Source: the human T2T-CHM13v2.0 reference genome, Homo sapiens
Length of the DNA stretch: 64,000 nucleotides
Reading direction: 5' to 3' (one strand)
NCBI RefSeq assembly: GCF_009914755.1
Contig: NC_060931.1
The position numbers were made by a program, and so were the translations under genes. How positions within the stretch are numbered: the first letter of the stretch is position 1; every line of letters starts with the position of its first letter. This document shows positions 31,860 to 44,823 of the stretch, one piece after another. The notes beneath the pieces are model-generated. The model was given only the letters and a program-made list of their open reading frames with translations, was not told the origin of the DNA and did not search any database.

Positions 31860-32159
31860 CCTATTTTATAAACCTGAAGTCAACTATATTGTCTTCTCTA
31901 TATTGTAGGCTTTATTGTAAGGCTTTGCAGAGGGTGCATAGGAAGCATGTAAAAACTTTAGTTAATAATAACAATAGTTACTAATTATTGCTGTGAGCTA
32001 GATCCTTGGCCTATTTTATAAACCTGAAGTCAACTATATTGTCTTCTCTATATTGTAGGCTTTATTGTAAGGCTTTGCAGAGGGTGCATAGGAAGCATGT
32101 AAAAACTTTAGTTAATAATAACAATAGTTACTAATTATTGCTGTGAGCTAGATCCTTGG
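31860..32159. repeat. Perfect 150-bp tandem duplication
   Basis: 31860-32009 identical to 32010-32159 on direct reading. Confidence 0.97.
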
Positions 32160-33673
32160 TAAGTACTGTGTAAGTGGTATAAAAATCATTTTTCACAGCA
32201 TCTGTATGTATGTATGCATTATCTCTACAGGGAAATGAGGCAGTTTAATTAGAAAGCAAAGTAACTTTTTTACTATTGCCCAGCTAGGAAGTAGTTTGAA
32301 CTCAGAACCAAAGCCTACATTCTTAAACACTATGTAAATACATATTGCCTCTGTGTAAGTGCAAGAAATGAAAGGTAAAAATTATGTGAACAAATAAAGC
32401 ATCAGGATAGCATTGGAATTTTATATATTTTCTACCTTCTTTGAGATTATTAGCTTTCCATTAGGAGATGGGTGCTTAGAATTATAGCTCAAAGAGACAT
32501 CCTTCACTCTTGCTATTTCCTACTGGCTCCAGTAAAATAGTTGGAAACTGATGCTGTTTGTCTTAAATGAAACAATATATTTGATAATATCTGAAAATTC
32601 TTTGTAAAATTGTAAAGTACCACACAGTTGTGAGATACTGTTAGAAAATGGATTTGTCAGCGACCTGTGAGTCTTGTCATGTGTGCTGTTGTTGGCAGAT
32701 AAACTGCTCAGGCATCTTATACTGACCTCCCTCAAGAGCCTTTCCTGATGTAGTTGTTGCCTGGTTGGTAACAATAAATCCTGTTTATAGGCTCCGCTGG
32801 GCCATGATACAGGCTACAGAGCTATAGTGTTAGGGTGACATTTAAGACACCTAATTACTCCTCTGAAACTGGGCCCATATCTTGATACTACTTCCCTTCT
32901 TTCCCTCCCAAGCTCGCAGTGTCACGTTCAGATCATGAATGATATCTGTGTCTAATGTAAAGTGGTGACAGTCACAAGGAACCGTCTGATGTAACTTTTA
33001 TCTAAGGAACATGGGGAAAATGCGGGCAAAAACTTTGTTCTTCAAAATAGATGATGGGAAAATTCACTAACTGCAATTTCTTTCTCTAAATACACCTGGC
33101 AAACCTGAAACAGCCCCGTAACACCCAGCCTATCTTTCCCACATTTCTTAAACTGAGAATTATCACATTGGGACATTCATATGTATAAAAAACACAAAAT
33201 GGTTATGCTTTCTAATATTCACTAAGTGGCCTAAGTCCTTACCTAAAGAAGTTCATGCCCATCCCAAATGCTTTCAGATAGGTTGCCATCCCCATCTGCT
33301 TTTCCACCCTGTTCTTACAATTCCAGAACATCTTCATGTTGCATATATACACTTGCTTTGACTTCTAGTAAAAATAGCAATTAATTTATCTAGATTGTTT
33401 ATATGTTATTTTATACACCCTCATGACCCCAAGCCCCACCAGAAGCCCTACTAGGTGCTTCCAAATTTAAACAACTTTTTTTCCAAAAAATAAAATATAG
33501 CAGTTACTGAACTGTAGGGAATCTTCTATCTTATCATATCCTCAAGAGGTGAGGCATTTGAAGACTCTATGCTTTATTATCTGTTAAGAATGGACACAAA
33601 GTGAAAATAAAATATTGGGTCAAGTTTTAAGTTGACATAAAGTATTCAGAAATCTTGTGTGTTCTCATTTTAG

Positions 33674-33757
33674 CATGCTCCTTTTGATGCAATGATTATG
33701 GTGAACATCAGTTATTATGTGGATGAGAAAATTTTTCAGAATGAAGGAAGATGGAAG
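33674..33757 (+). CDS. CROT: CROT coding exon 9 (HAPFDAMIMV...; catalytic His327 is the first codon)
   Basis: ttttag| ... AAG|gtatgt; HxxxD motif; cumulative CDS of 978 nt puts His at 327. Confidence 0.97.
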
Positions 33758-33837
33758 GTATGTTTGAATAAATATTTCATCTTTTTTCTCCTAATAATTC
33801 TATAGATAAAATATTTTTAAGTCTTCCCTATTTTCAG

Positions 33838-33945
33838 GGTTCAGAGAAGGTACGAGATATACCACTTCCAGAAGAGCTCATTTTCATTGTGGATGAGAAA
33901 GTTTTAAATGACATCAACCAAGCTAAAGCCCAGTATCTCAGGGAG
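33838..33945 (+). CDS. CROT: CROT coding exon 10 (GSEKVRDIPLPEELIF...)
   Basis: ttttcag| ... GAG|gtatat. Confidence 0.96.
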
Positions 33946-34176
33946 GTATATTTTTCACTTTTCTCTTAAATAATAATGATTTTTTCTTTTAACAACCATA
34001 TGTAAAAATTTGGCTGTCATCCAAGCATGTCTGCACAAAACATTTTAAAATTATGCCTTTAACACCTTTAATTCTTTATGTCTGGTGATTACTTTAATGC
34101 AGGTGATAATTTGCTTCTCTTTGGTGTATTCTCCTTAGGTGATTTTTCACCGTTCTCATTTAATTCTTCTTGTTAG

Positions 34177-34307
34177 GCATCTGATCTACAGATTGCGGCT
34201 TATGCCTTTACATCTTTTGGCAAAAAGCTAACCAAGAACAAGATGCTTCACCCGGATACGTTTATTCAGCTTGCACTTCAGCTGGCCTATTACAGACTTC
34301 ATGGACA
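34177..34307 (+). CDS. CROT: CROT coding exon 11 (ASDLQ...FGKKLTKNKMLHPDTFIQLALQLAYYRLHG)
   Basis: tgttag| ... CA|gtaagg; FGK...PDxFIQLALQLAYY motif. Confidence 0.97.
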
Positions 34308-35261
34308 GTAAGGACCATTCAGTTTCTATTTTCACAGTCTTGAAGTCCAAGGGTATATCTTTTTTTATAGCTATTTCATCCTAACTCCTCAGTATTTTTG
34401 CTCACTTTTTTCCCAGCTGGTACTGTGTCCTATTTGTACTTCCATCAATAGAGTATTAGATTTCTGATCTGTGGTGGTTTCACAGTTTTTCCTTGTTACT
34501 TTATCACAGTATCCACTTGATAACTTTTGACGTGTCTATTCTCATCTGAAAGAGGATTGGTCATCTTTGGCATTCAGATCGCTTGGTTTTCTTGCAACGT
34601 CAGTTTTCTGATGGGTTCATGAAAAGTTGTGATTTTATAAATTATCCAGCCTTTACTCATTTTTAGAATAGGAGCGACATTAATTTTGTGACTTAATACA
34701 TCCTAAGAAGAAGTAGAAGTCCCTCAATGTTGCTTTTTCATTGATAAATAAGTTATAATTGAACATATTTATCAGGTACATGTGATTTTTTTGATACATG
34801 CATAAAATGTGTAATGGTCAAATCACGGTAATTGGGATGTCCACTGCCTCAACCATTTATTATGTCTTCGTGTGGGGAATGTTCCAAGTCTTCTCTTCTT
34901 GGTATTTTGAAATATACAACAAATTATTGTTAACTATAGTCAACCTACTGTGCTATCGAACACTAGAAGTTATTCCATCTAACTGTACCATTATACCCAT
35001 TAGCTAACTTCTCTTCAATCTCCTCTCCCCCCTACTCATCCCAATCTCTGTTAACCACCATTTTACTGTCTACTTCCACGAGATCAATTTTTTTTAACTC
35101 CCATATATAGGTGAGAACCTGCAGTATTTGTCTTTCTATTTCTGGCTTATTTCACTTAACAAAAAGTTATCCAGCCTTACCCATGTTGCTGCAAATGAAG
35201 GGATTTCATTCTTTGTTTTTTTATTTTGGCTGAGTAATATTCCATTGTGTATGTATATCAC

Positions 35262-35560
35262 TTTTTTTTTTTTTTTGAGTCAGAGTCTTGCTCTGTCGCC
35301 CAGGTTGGAGTGCAGTGGCATGGTCTTGGTTCCCTGCAACCTCTACCTCCTGGGTTCAAGCAATTCTCCCTGCCTCAGCCTCCTGAGTAGCTGGGATTAC
35401 AGGTGCCTGCCACCATGCCTGGCTAATTTTTATAGTTTTAGTAGAGATGGGGTTTCGTCGTGTTGGCCAGGCTGGTCTCTAACTCCTGAGCTCAGGTGAT
35501 CTGCGTGCCTTGGCCTCCCAAAGTGCTGGGATTAGAGGTGTGAGCCACCACGCCCGGCCC
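35262..35560 (-). mobile_element. Alu (Sx-like) in L1
   Basis: Antisense dimer. Confidence 0.95.
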
Positions 35561-36014
35561 ACATTTTCTTTATCCATACATCTGCTGGACACTTAGGTTG
35601 ATTCTATATCTTGACTATTGTGAATAGTGCTGCAATAAACATTGGAGTGTGGCTATCTCTTTGATATATTGATTTCCTTTCTCTTGGATATATACCTAGC
35701 AGTGGGATCATCAGATTGTAGGGTAGTTCTTTTTTTTTTAGTTTTGTGAGGCACTTTCAGACTGTTCGCCATAGTGGCTGTACTAATTTACATTTCCACC
35801 AACAATGTATGAGGGTTCCCTTTTCTCCACATCTTTGCTAGCATCTGTTATTGCCTATCTTTTTGATAAAAGTGATTTTTAACTAGGGTGAGGTGATGTC
35901 TCATTGTAGTTTTAATTTGCATTTCCCGATGATTAGTGATGTTGAGCATTTTTCATATACTTGTTGGCTGTTTGTATGTCTTCTTTTGAGAAATGTCTAT
36001 TAAGATCATTTGTC

Positions 36015-36323
<309 letters not shown>

Positions 36324-39237
36324 TTAGATCAGATAAATTTGTGTGTTGCTATTGAGTTTTTTAAGTTCCTTATATATTCTGATTATTAATTTCTTGGGAG
36401 ATGGATAGTTTGCAGATATTTTCTCCCATTCTGTGGGCTGCTGATTGTTTCCTCTGCAGTGCAGAAGCTTTTTAACTTCATATGATCCCATTCGTCCATT
36501 TCTGCTTTGGCTTCCATACTTGTAGGGTATTACTCAAGAAATATTTGCCCAGTTCAGTGTCTTACAGAGCATCCTCAATGTTTTCTTTTAGTAGTTTTAT
36601 AGTTTCAGGTCTTATATTTAAGCCTTTAATCCATTTTGATTTGAATTTTGTACACGGTAAGAGATAGTGGTCCAGTTTCATTCTTCTGCATATGGATATC
36701 CAGTTTTCATGGAGCCATTTATTGAAGAGCCTGTCCTTTCCTTTGCTGAAAAGGAGATGCCTGTAAATACACGGATTTATTTCTGGGTTCTCTATTCTGT
36801 TCCATTGGTCTGTATGTCTGTTTTTATGCCAGTAACATGCTGTTTTGGTTACTATAGTTTGGCGGTATATTTTGAAGTTCGGTAATGTGATACCTCAAGC
36901 TTTTTTTTTTTTCCCCTGGTATTGCATTGGCTATTCTGGGTCTTTTGTGGTTCCATATGAATTTTTGGATTTTTTTTTCCTATTTTTGTGAAGAATATTG
37001 TTGGTATTTTGATAGGAATTGCATTGAATATGTAGATTGCTTTGGGTAGGATGGACATTTTAACAATATTAATTCTTCTAATTAATGAACATAGGTTGTC
37101 TTTCCATTTTTTGGTGTTCTCTCACTTTCATCAGTGTCTTATAGTCTTCCTTGTATTGATTTTTTTACTTTTTTGGTTCAGTTGATTCCTAGGTATTTTA
37201 TATTCTTTGTAGCTATTGTAAATGGGATTGCTTTCTTGATTTGTTTTTCAGATTGTTTGCTTTTTGCATATAGAAATGCTACTGATTTTAATATGTTGAT
37301 TTTATATCTTGCAACTTTACTGAATTTGTTTATCACTCTAATGGCTGTTTGTTGGTGTCTTAAGTATTAGATCATGTCATCTGCAGACAGGACAATTTGA
37401 CTTTTTCCTTTGCAATTTGAGTGCTCTTTATTTCATTCTCTTTTCTAATTGCTTTGGCTAGGACTTCCAATACTATGTTGCATAAAAGTGGTGAAAGTAG
37501 GCATCTTTGTCATGTTCTAGATCTTAGAGGAAAGTCTTGCAATTTTTCCATGTTCAGTATGATGTTAGCTCTGGATTTGTCATATGTGGCTTTTATTGTT
37601 TTGATGTATATTTCTTCTTTACTGAGTTTGTTGAAAATTTTTTTTATCATGAAGGTATGTTTAATTTTATCAAATGCTTTTCAGCATCTATTGAAATGAT
37701 TATAGGGTTTTTGTCCTTTATTCTGTTGATGTGATATATCATGCTTATTAATTTGCATATGTTGAACCATCTGAATCCCACTTAATCATGGTGAGTGATC
37801 TTTTTAATGTGCTGTTGAGTTCAGTTTGCTAGTATTTTGTTGAGGATTTCTGCATCTGTGTTCATCTGGGATACTGCTCTGTAGTTTACTTCTTTAGTTG
37901 TGTCCTTTTCTGGTTTTGGTATTAGGATAATGCTGTCTTCATAGAATGAGATTGAAAATATTCTGCCCTCTTCAATTTTTTGGAATAGTTTGAGTATAAT
38001 TGGTATTAGTTCTTTTTTTAAAGGTTTATTAGAATTCAGCAGTGAAGCCATCAGGTCCTAAGCTTTTGCTTAATGGGAGACTTTTTATTGCTTCAATCAT
38101 ATTACTTGTTATTGGTCTGTTTGGGTTTTCTATGTCTTTATGTTTCAATCTCAGGTTGTATGTGTCCAGGAATTTATCCATTCCTTCTAGGTTTTCCAAT
38201 TTGTTGGCATATAGTTACTCATAATAGTGTCTAATGATCCTTTATATTTCTGTGGTATTGGTTACCATATCTCCTTTCATCTCTGAATTTATTTATTTGA
38301 GTCTTTTCCTTTTTCCTTATTCTACCTACAGATTTGTCAATATTGTTTATCTTGTCAAAAAATTGACTTTTGGAGCTCTTGTAAAAGTTCAGATTGCTTA
38401 CTGTTGTGGACTTGGAGTGTCTGCAACGAAAGGATACCCTGGCTGTGTGGGAAGGCTGGCTAGGGCTTTATAGCCTCATGGACTCATGGAGCGTGCTTCC
38501 TACACCGTAACACTGCTGAACAACCTCTTTGATTTGGTGTCTTTTTTGGCTGAGATGAAGAGTGATCACTGAGTTTTGTTCATTGGGGATTGCTAACCCC
38601 ATCTCTACCCATTGTCTCTGGCTGCCTTTAGGATTTTTTTACCCTATAGGCAAAGATGCTTCCCTTAGGTTGAAGCAGGAATGATTTTTCTGTGAAGGAA
38701 CCCAGCATGGAGATAAGGGTGTCTGTCTGCCTTGATCTCACTTCTTTCAGTGTAGTATTGTGAGTCCATGGGAGTTTTTCCACATGCGGCCTGGCAGCTT
38801 GAGGGCGGGGTGTTGTGGATAGAGTGGTCTGTTTCTCTTACCTTCTGCTTGAAGTTTTTTGCTTCTCTCTGGCCCCTGGGATCATCACAGCCTCCATTTT
38901 GGTTTCTGGGATACTCCTGAGGATAATTGGTACTAGATAGTTGTTTTGGTTTTCTGTGGGGAAGAGTGAAGCCAGATTGCTTCTACTCTGCCATTATGGT
39001 AACATGACTCCTCTCAGTTTTGCTTTTTTATCTAGTCTGAGAATATCTGTCTTTAAATATGTTATTTAGATAATTAAATTCAGTATAATTATCAGTAAAT
39101 TTGTGTTTAAGTCTACCATCTTGCTCTTTATTTTCTAGTTATCCCATCTGTACTTTTTTCTTTTTCTTTTGAATTTTTAGAGCTTTAAAAAAATTGCTTC
39201 ATTTTATTTCCAACATGAGCTATACTTTTTTTTTTTG

Positions 39238-39432
39238 TACAGTTGACCCTTCAACATCATGGAGGTTAGGGGTCCCCAAGCCTCCAGTGCATTAGAAAAT
39301 CCAAGTGTGTGACCAGAAGTCTTACCAATAACATAAACAATTAACACACATTTTGTATATGTATTATATATTGTATTCTTACAATAAAGTAAACTAGAGA
39401 AAGGAAATTTTTGTTAAGAAAAATCATAAGGA
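39238..39432 (-). mobile_element. Tigger2-family MITE, one half only
   Basis: ta-cagttgacccttcaaca TIR; similar to 9742-10250. Confidence 0.7.
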
Positions 39433-39710
39433 GGCTGGGCATGGTGGCTCACACCTGTAAACCCAGCACTTTGGGAGGCTGAGGCAGGCAGATCACTTGA
39501 GGTCAGGAGTTCGAGACTAGCCTGGCCAACATGGTAAAACCCCATCTCTATGGAAAATACAAAAATTAGCTGGGTATTGTGGTGCATGCCTGTAATTCCA
39601 GCTACTCAGGAGGCTGAGATAGGAGAATTGCTTGCACCCAGGAGGTAGAGGTTGCAGTGACCCAAGATCATGCCACTGCACTCCAGCCTGGGCGACAGAG
39701 CAAGACTTTG
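39433..39710 (+). mobile_element. Alu lacking poly-A tail
   Basis: Sense dimer ending at gagcaagact with no tail or TSD. Confidence 0.9.
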
Positions 39711-39957
39711 GCACCATTGAGTAGGACTGGAGCTGGGTTAAAGGGCTGCTTCTGTGTCCACAGTCAAATGCACAGTTTTGGTGGGTCTATTACTGGGGAG
39801 CAGGTGGGTGTGATACCTTCCAGGTCCCTAGACAGATGGGACTTCCTCCAAGACTGCACAGAGAAACAGGCCTGGAGCCAAGACTCCAAGGTACCTCACT
39901 TCAAAGAGCTGCTCTTCTCTCCAGATCTTGACCCTCATATCCTGGCTGCTCTAACAG

Positions 39958-41543
39958 TTGCCCCAAGTAATTTATAGATTCGATGCTATCTCCATCAAGC
40001 TACTACTGACTTTCTTCAGAAAATTAAAAAAAAACTACTTTAAATTTCATATGGAACCAAAAAAGAGCCTGTATAGCCAAAACAATCCTAAGCAAAAAGA
40101 AAAAAACTGGAGGTATCATGCTACCTGACTTCAAACTGTACTACAAGGCTACAGTAACCAAAACAGCATGTTACTGGTACCAACACAGATATATAGACCA
40201 ATGGAACAGAACAGAGGCCTTAGAAATAACACCACACATCTACAACCATCTGATCTGTAACAAACCTGAGAAAAACAAGCAATGGGGAAAGGATTCCCTA
40301 TTTAATAAATGATGTTGGGAAAACTGGCTAGCCATTTGCAGAAAACTGAAACTGGACCCCTTCCTTATACCTTATACAAAAATTAACTCAAGATGGATTA
40401 AAGACTTAAACATAAGACCTAAACCCATAAAAACTCTAGAAGAAAACCTAGGCAATATCATTCAGGACATAGGCATGGGCAAAGACTTCATGACTAAAAC
40501 AACAAAATCAATGGCAACAAAAGCCAAAATTGACAAATGGGATCTAATTAAACTAAAGAGCTTCTGCACAGCAAATGAAACTATCATCAGAGTGAACAGG
40601 CAACCTACAGAATGGGAGAAAATTTTTGCAATCTAACCACCTGACAAAGGGCTAATATCCAGAATCTACAAGGAACTTAAACAAATTTACAAGAAAAAAA
40701 CAACCCCATCAAAAAGTGGGCAAAAGATGTGAACAGACACTTCTCAAAAGAAGACATTTATGTGGCCAACAAACAAATGAAAAAAAGCTCATCATCACTA
40801 GTCATTAGAGAAATGCAAATCAAAATCACAATGAGATACCATCTTATGCCAGTTAGAATGGCGATCATTAAAAAGTCAGGAAACAACAGATGCTGGAGAG
40901 GATGTGGAGAAATAGGAATGCTTTTACACTGTTGGTGGGAGTGTAAATTAGTTCAACCATTGCAGAAGACAGTGTGGTGATTCCTCAAGGATCTAGAACC
41001 AGAAATACCATTTGATCCAGCGATCCCATTGCTAGATATATACCCAAAGGATTATAAATCTTTCTACTATAAAGATACATGCACACATATGTATATTGCA
41101 GCCCTGTTCACAATAGCAAAGACTTGGAACCAACCTAAGTGCCCATCAATGATAGACTAGATAAAGAAAATGTGGCACATATACACCATGGAATACTATG
41201 CAGCCATAAAAAAGGATGAGTTCATGTCCTTTGCAGGGACATGGATGAAGCTGGAAACCATCATTCTCAACAAACTAACACAGGAACAGAAAACCAAACA
41301 CCACATGTTCTCACTCATAAGTGGGAGTTGAACAATGAGAATACATGGACACAGGAAGGGAACATCACACACCGGGGGCTGTCATGGGGTGGGGGGCTAG
41401 GGGAGGGATAGCATTAGGAGAAATGCCTAATGTAGATGATGGGTTGATGGGTGCAGCAAACCATCATGGCACATGTATACCTATGTAATAAACCTGCACA
41501 TTCTGCACATGTATCCCAGAACTTTAAAGTATAATAAAAAAAA
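39958..41543 (+). mobile_element. 5'-truncated L1PA (about PA6-8), ORF2 C-terminus and 3' UTR
   Basis: [43 protein letters not shown] cysteine-rich domain; G-rich 3' UTR and A tail; in-frame stops. Confidence 0.95.
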
Positions 41544-42540
41544 TTCTGCAAAGCCTTCAAATAGATGTTTTTTAAATCCAGTTTTTGTTGTAGCATTAAG
41601 ACTGGCTTGCCAGAAGCTAGCTCATCATAGCTGGCATTGGAAATTTCACGCGGTATTTTTTTTTTATATAGAAGATATGTTCAAATCAGGTTCCAAATAA
41701 ATTTTACACATTGCATTTGATTGATATACCTTATAAGTCTTTTTTAAATATGGGAATCTTTTTCCTACCTTTCTCTTATTGTATTTGATTTGATGAAGAA
41801 ACTGGGTCATTTATCCTGTAGAGTTTTCTGAATTTTCCTGATTGTATTCCCATGGTGATATTTAACATGTTGCTCAGTCTCCTGTATGTCTTGTAAACTG
41901 GTAGTTAGAGCTAGAGGATTGATAATATGCATCAGTTCCTATTTTGGTTATGTTTTACAATAATAAATCCAATAGTTAATGCTCTTTGCTTTCTACTCCA
42001 TCTTTTAAGATTAAGAGTGTGTTTACTTGTCAGCCAGCATCTATTATAAAAAGTTTACTCCCTGAATTTTTTACCTAACGTTTCAGTAGTCATTGAAGAT
42101 CATTGCTAAGGTTCATTATTTCATTTGAGGTTACAGTGGTAATATTTTATTACTCATTTTTACTGCTTTTATTTTTAATTTGTTTTCCTGAAAGAATGTT
42201 ATTTTAGTGCTATTTAAAAATATTATTCACACTTTCTCCTTCACACTTTGAAGGGATACCATTTCACTCCAGAGAGACAGAAACACTGAACAGAAGAGGC
42301 TTGAAAACTGTTTGAGCCCTCCTAGTACCCACATTCAGAGACTTTTCACTCTCACTTTATTTGATCTCTTTGACTCTAAATTCTAACCAATAAGAAAGTA
42401 AGAGAGTTTTATACCTAAAATTGCTATATCATTCTCCAACCCAGGAAAACAGATATCACCCTGGGGAACTTCTTAAATTATACTTCTACTTTATTCTAGT
42501 CCTTCATGTTCTATATGGAGGCACTAAAGGTCAAGGACTC

Positions 42541-43120
42541 TGTATTACCTATTTCTGTGTAATAAATTACCCCAAAACGTAGTGGCTTAAAACACATACT
42601 TTTTTATATCACACATTTTGTGGGTCAGTAATTTTATATCACATATTTTGTGGGTCAGTAATTTTATATCACAATTTTGTGGGTCATTTTTTGTGATGCA
42701 GCTTAGTTGAGTAACTCTGACTTAATAAAGGTTTTTCATGAGGTTGTAGTCAGTATCAGCCAAGGCTGTTTTCATCTGCTCTCCTGAGGGTAGGTCCACT
42801 TCTCAGCTCACCCACGGGAACTAGTAGCATTCAGTTCCTCCCTAGCTGTTGTCCAGAGGGTCACCCTCAGTTTTCTGCCGCTAGGGCCTCTCCATCGGGC
42901 AGCCCTCAGCATGGCAGCTGGCTTTCTTCAGATGAGAAATAAGAGAACAAGAGAGAGCTCTCTTTGTAACCTAATTGCAGATGTGATATCCCATCACTTG
43001 TGCTGTACTCTCCCCATTAGATGCAAGTCACTGTCTAGCCTGCGCTCAAAAGTGAGGGGTTACAGCAGAGCATAAATAGCAGGAGGCAGGAATCACGGGG
43101 GCCATCTTAGAGGCTGTAAT
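42541..43120. mobile_element. MLT1 (F/G-like) LTR containing a 30-bp tandem repeat
   Basis: tgtattacctattt...aattaccccaaaacgtagtggcttaaaac; ggggccatcttagaggctg. Confidence 0.75.
42602..42686. repeat. 30-bp minisatellite, about 2.9 copies
   Basis: Unit attttatatcacatattttgtgggtcagta. Confidence 0.92.
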
Positions 43121-43344
43121 GTATATGACCTGACAGCAGCCACGCCTTTGAAACAGCCCACATTATCAGAGTATTTTTTGCTCTTTGGTATTGGAAATAG
43201 GCTCTTTTTTGTTGAAAGTCTCCAACCTATCTGTGTTAAAGGGCTTAGTCTCTGAACAAAGCTAGCTTTATTAGGCAACTATATCTGTAATGATATTAGA
43301 GCATTTTCTTTCTTATGATACACTCTTTTAATTTTTTCTTGTAG

Positions 43345-43468
43345 CCCTGGTTGTTGCTATGAAACAGCTATGACAAGACATTTTTATCATGGCCGTACAG
43401 AGACTATGCGATCATGCACAGTTGAAGCAGTGAGGTGGTGCCAGTCCATGCAGGATCCTTCTGTCAAT
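43345..43468 (+). CDS. CROT: CROT coding exon 12 (PGCCYETAMTRHFYHGRTETMRSCT...)
   Basis: cttgtag| ... AAT|gtgagt; YE..GRTET motif. Confidence 0.97.
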
Positions 43469-44321
43469 GTGAGTATTGGAAAGGAAAAAAACTCACAAGA
43501 TTTGTTTAATTGTTCTAAAGGAACCGTGGTCTTTGAGTAACTAACTTCTTTGCTTCAGTTTTCCTGGATCATTAAAATACTTTGAGACATCTTTTCTGAG
43601 GTTTTTAAAGCATTTGTTCATTCACCAGTGAAATGTGTAATTGGAAACAGGGAAGGCAGGAAAAGGATCCCATTTGTGTTATTTTCTAGGCAAAGGGTCT
43701 TCAGTACTTTAGGTATTTCAGGACTTCTAATCTACCTTTAGAACAACACCAACAAAGTGCAGAAATCCCAAGGTGCCTTTAAAAGGAAGGTTTTCTTGAT
43801 GTGGTTGAATGTTTTTGAAATGACAGATTCTTGTTTCATATAGTGGAACCAGGACAGTTGTATGCTTTGTTTCATACTCTTTTTTTTGAAGCATTTAGAC
43901 AACAGCAAATTTCCTTCTCACTGTTATTTTAGTATTATATTTGTTTCTTTAGTTTTGCTAGATGTGGTTATATATGAGTGCCTGTATCTTAATTTTATAG
44001 AACTGCTTTATTGTCATTTTTAGTTATGCTTTCATTTTTGAAATATCGGTTGCTTTTATCTTTATACTTGTTAGTGTCACTTCAGTGCTGCCCACAAGTT
44101 CATAGTTTCCTATTCCAGGAAAGAAATAAGAAGCAGGATATACAGGGAAGACTAGGCGATAGAATAACTGATGGAAAGATATAGGAGTATGTGTTATAGA
44201 TCTTCCTAGAAATCTTTCCTCTCCCAAATTACCCCAATCCTAATTACAATGAGCTTAGGATTTTTTTCTAGTTGGGTTTTGCACAGTGTGTTATTGAAGT
44301 GTCTCTCGATTTTTAATACAG

Positions 44322-44400
44322 CTTCGTGAGCGGCAGCAAAAGATGTTACAAGCTTTTGCAAAGCATAATAAAATGATGAAAGATTGTTCAGCTGGAAAAG
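44322..44400 (+). CDS. CROT: CROT coding exon 13 (LRERQQKMLQAFAKH...)
   Basis: aatacag| ... G|gtactt. Confidence 0.96.
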
Positions 44401-44485
44401 GTACTTAAGTTAAAATTTTTCTGACTTAAAAATCTCTCATGGTGAAAAATTTTTTTCTAACCTCAGATTTGGGGTTTCATTGCAG

Positions 44486-44579
44486 GATTTGATCGTCACC
44501 TTTTAGGTCTCTTACTCATAGCAAAAGAGGAAGGTCTTCCTGTTCCAGAACTCTTTACGGACCCACTTTTTTCCAAAAG
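44486..44579 (+). CDS. CROT: CROT coding exon 14 (GFDRHLLGL...)
   Basis: ttgcag| ... AG|gtaata; GxDRHLxGL motif. Confidence 0.97.
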
Positions 44580-44703
44580 GTAATATAGTGTAGTGTTTTA
44601 CAGCTTCATCAATTGGCTTCCTCTTTTTGTATATTAAATGGTTTTTAGAAACAATATAAGCATCTGTAGGCCTAGTAAAATGTTCTTTTATTGTGCCACA
44701 CAG

Positions 44704-44823
44704 CGGAGGAGGTGGAAATTTTGTTCTCTCAACAAGTCTGGTTGGCTATTTACGAGTCCAGGGAGTGGTAGTTCCCATGGTACACAATGGTTATGGATTT
44801 TTCTACCATATCAGAGATGACAG
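44704..44823 (+). CDS. CROT: CROT coding exon 15 (GGGGNFVLSTSLVG...NGYGFFY)
   Basis: cacacag| ... AG|gtgagg; STS carnitine-binding motif. Confidence 0.97.

Noticed and set aside
33718-33900. TGTGGATGAGAAA (VDEK) repeated in adjacent CROT exons
   Set aside because: Only 13 nt with little flanking similarity; insufficient evidence for exon duplication
40118-40980. L1 ORF2 fragments as an active element
   Set aside because: 5'-truncated with in-frame stops and frameshifts
42602-42686. 30-bp repeats resembling a CRISPR array
   Set aside because: No spacers, eukaryotic context; simple tandem repeat
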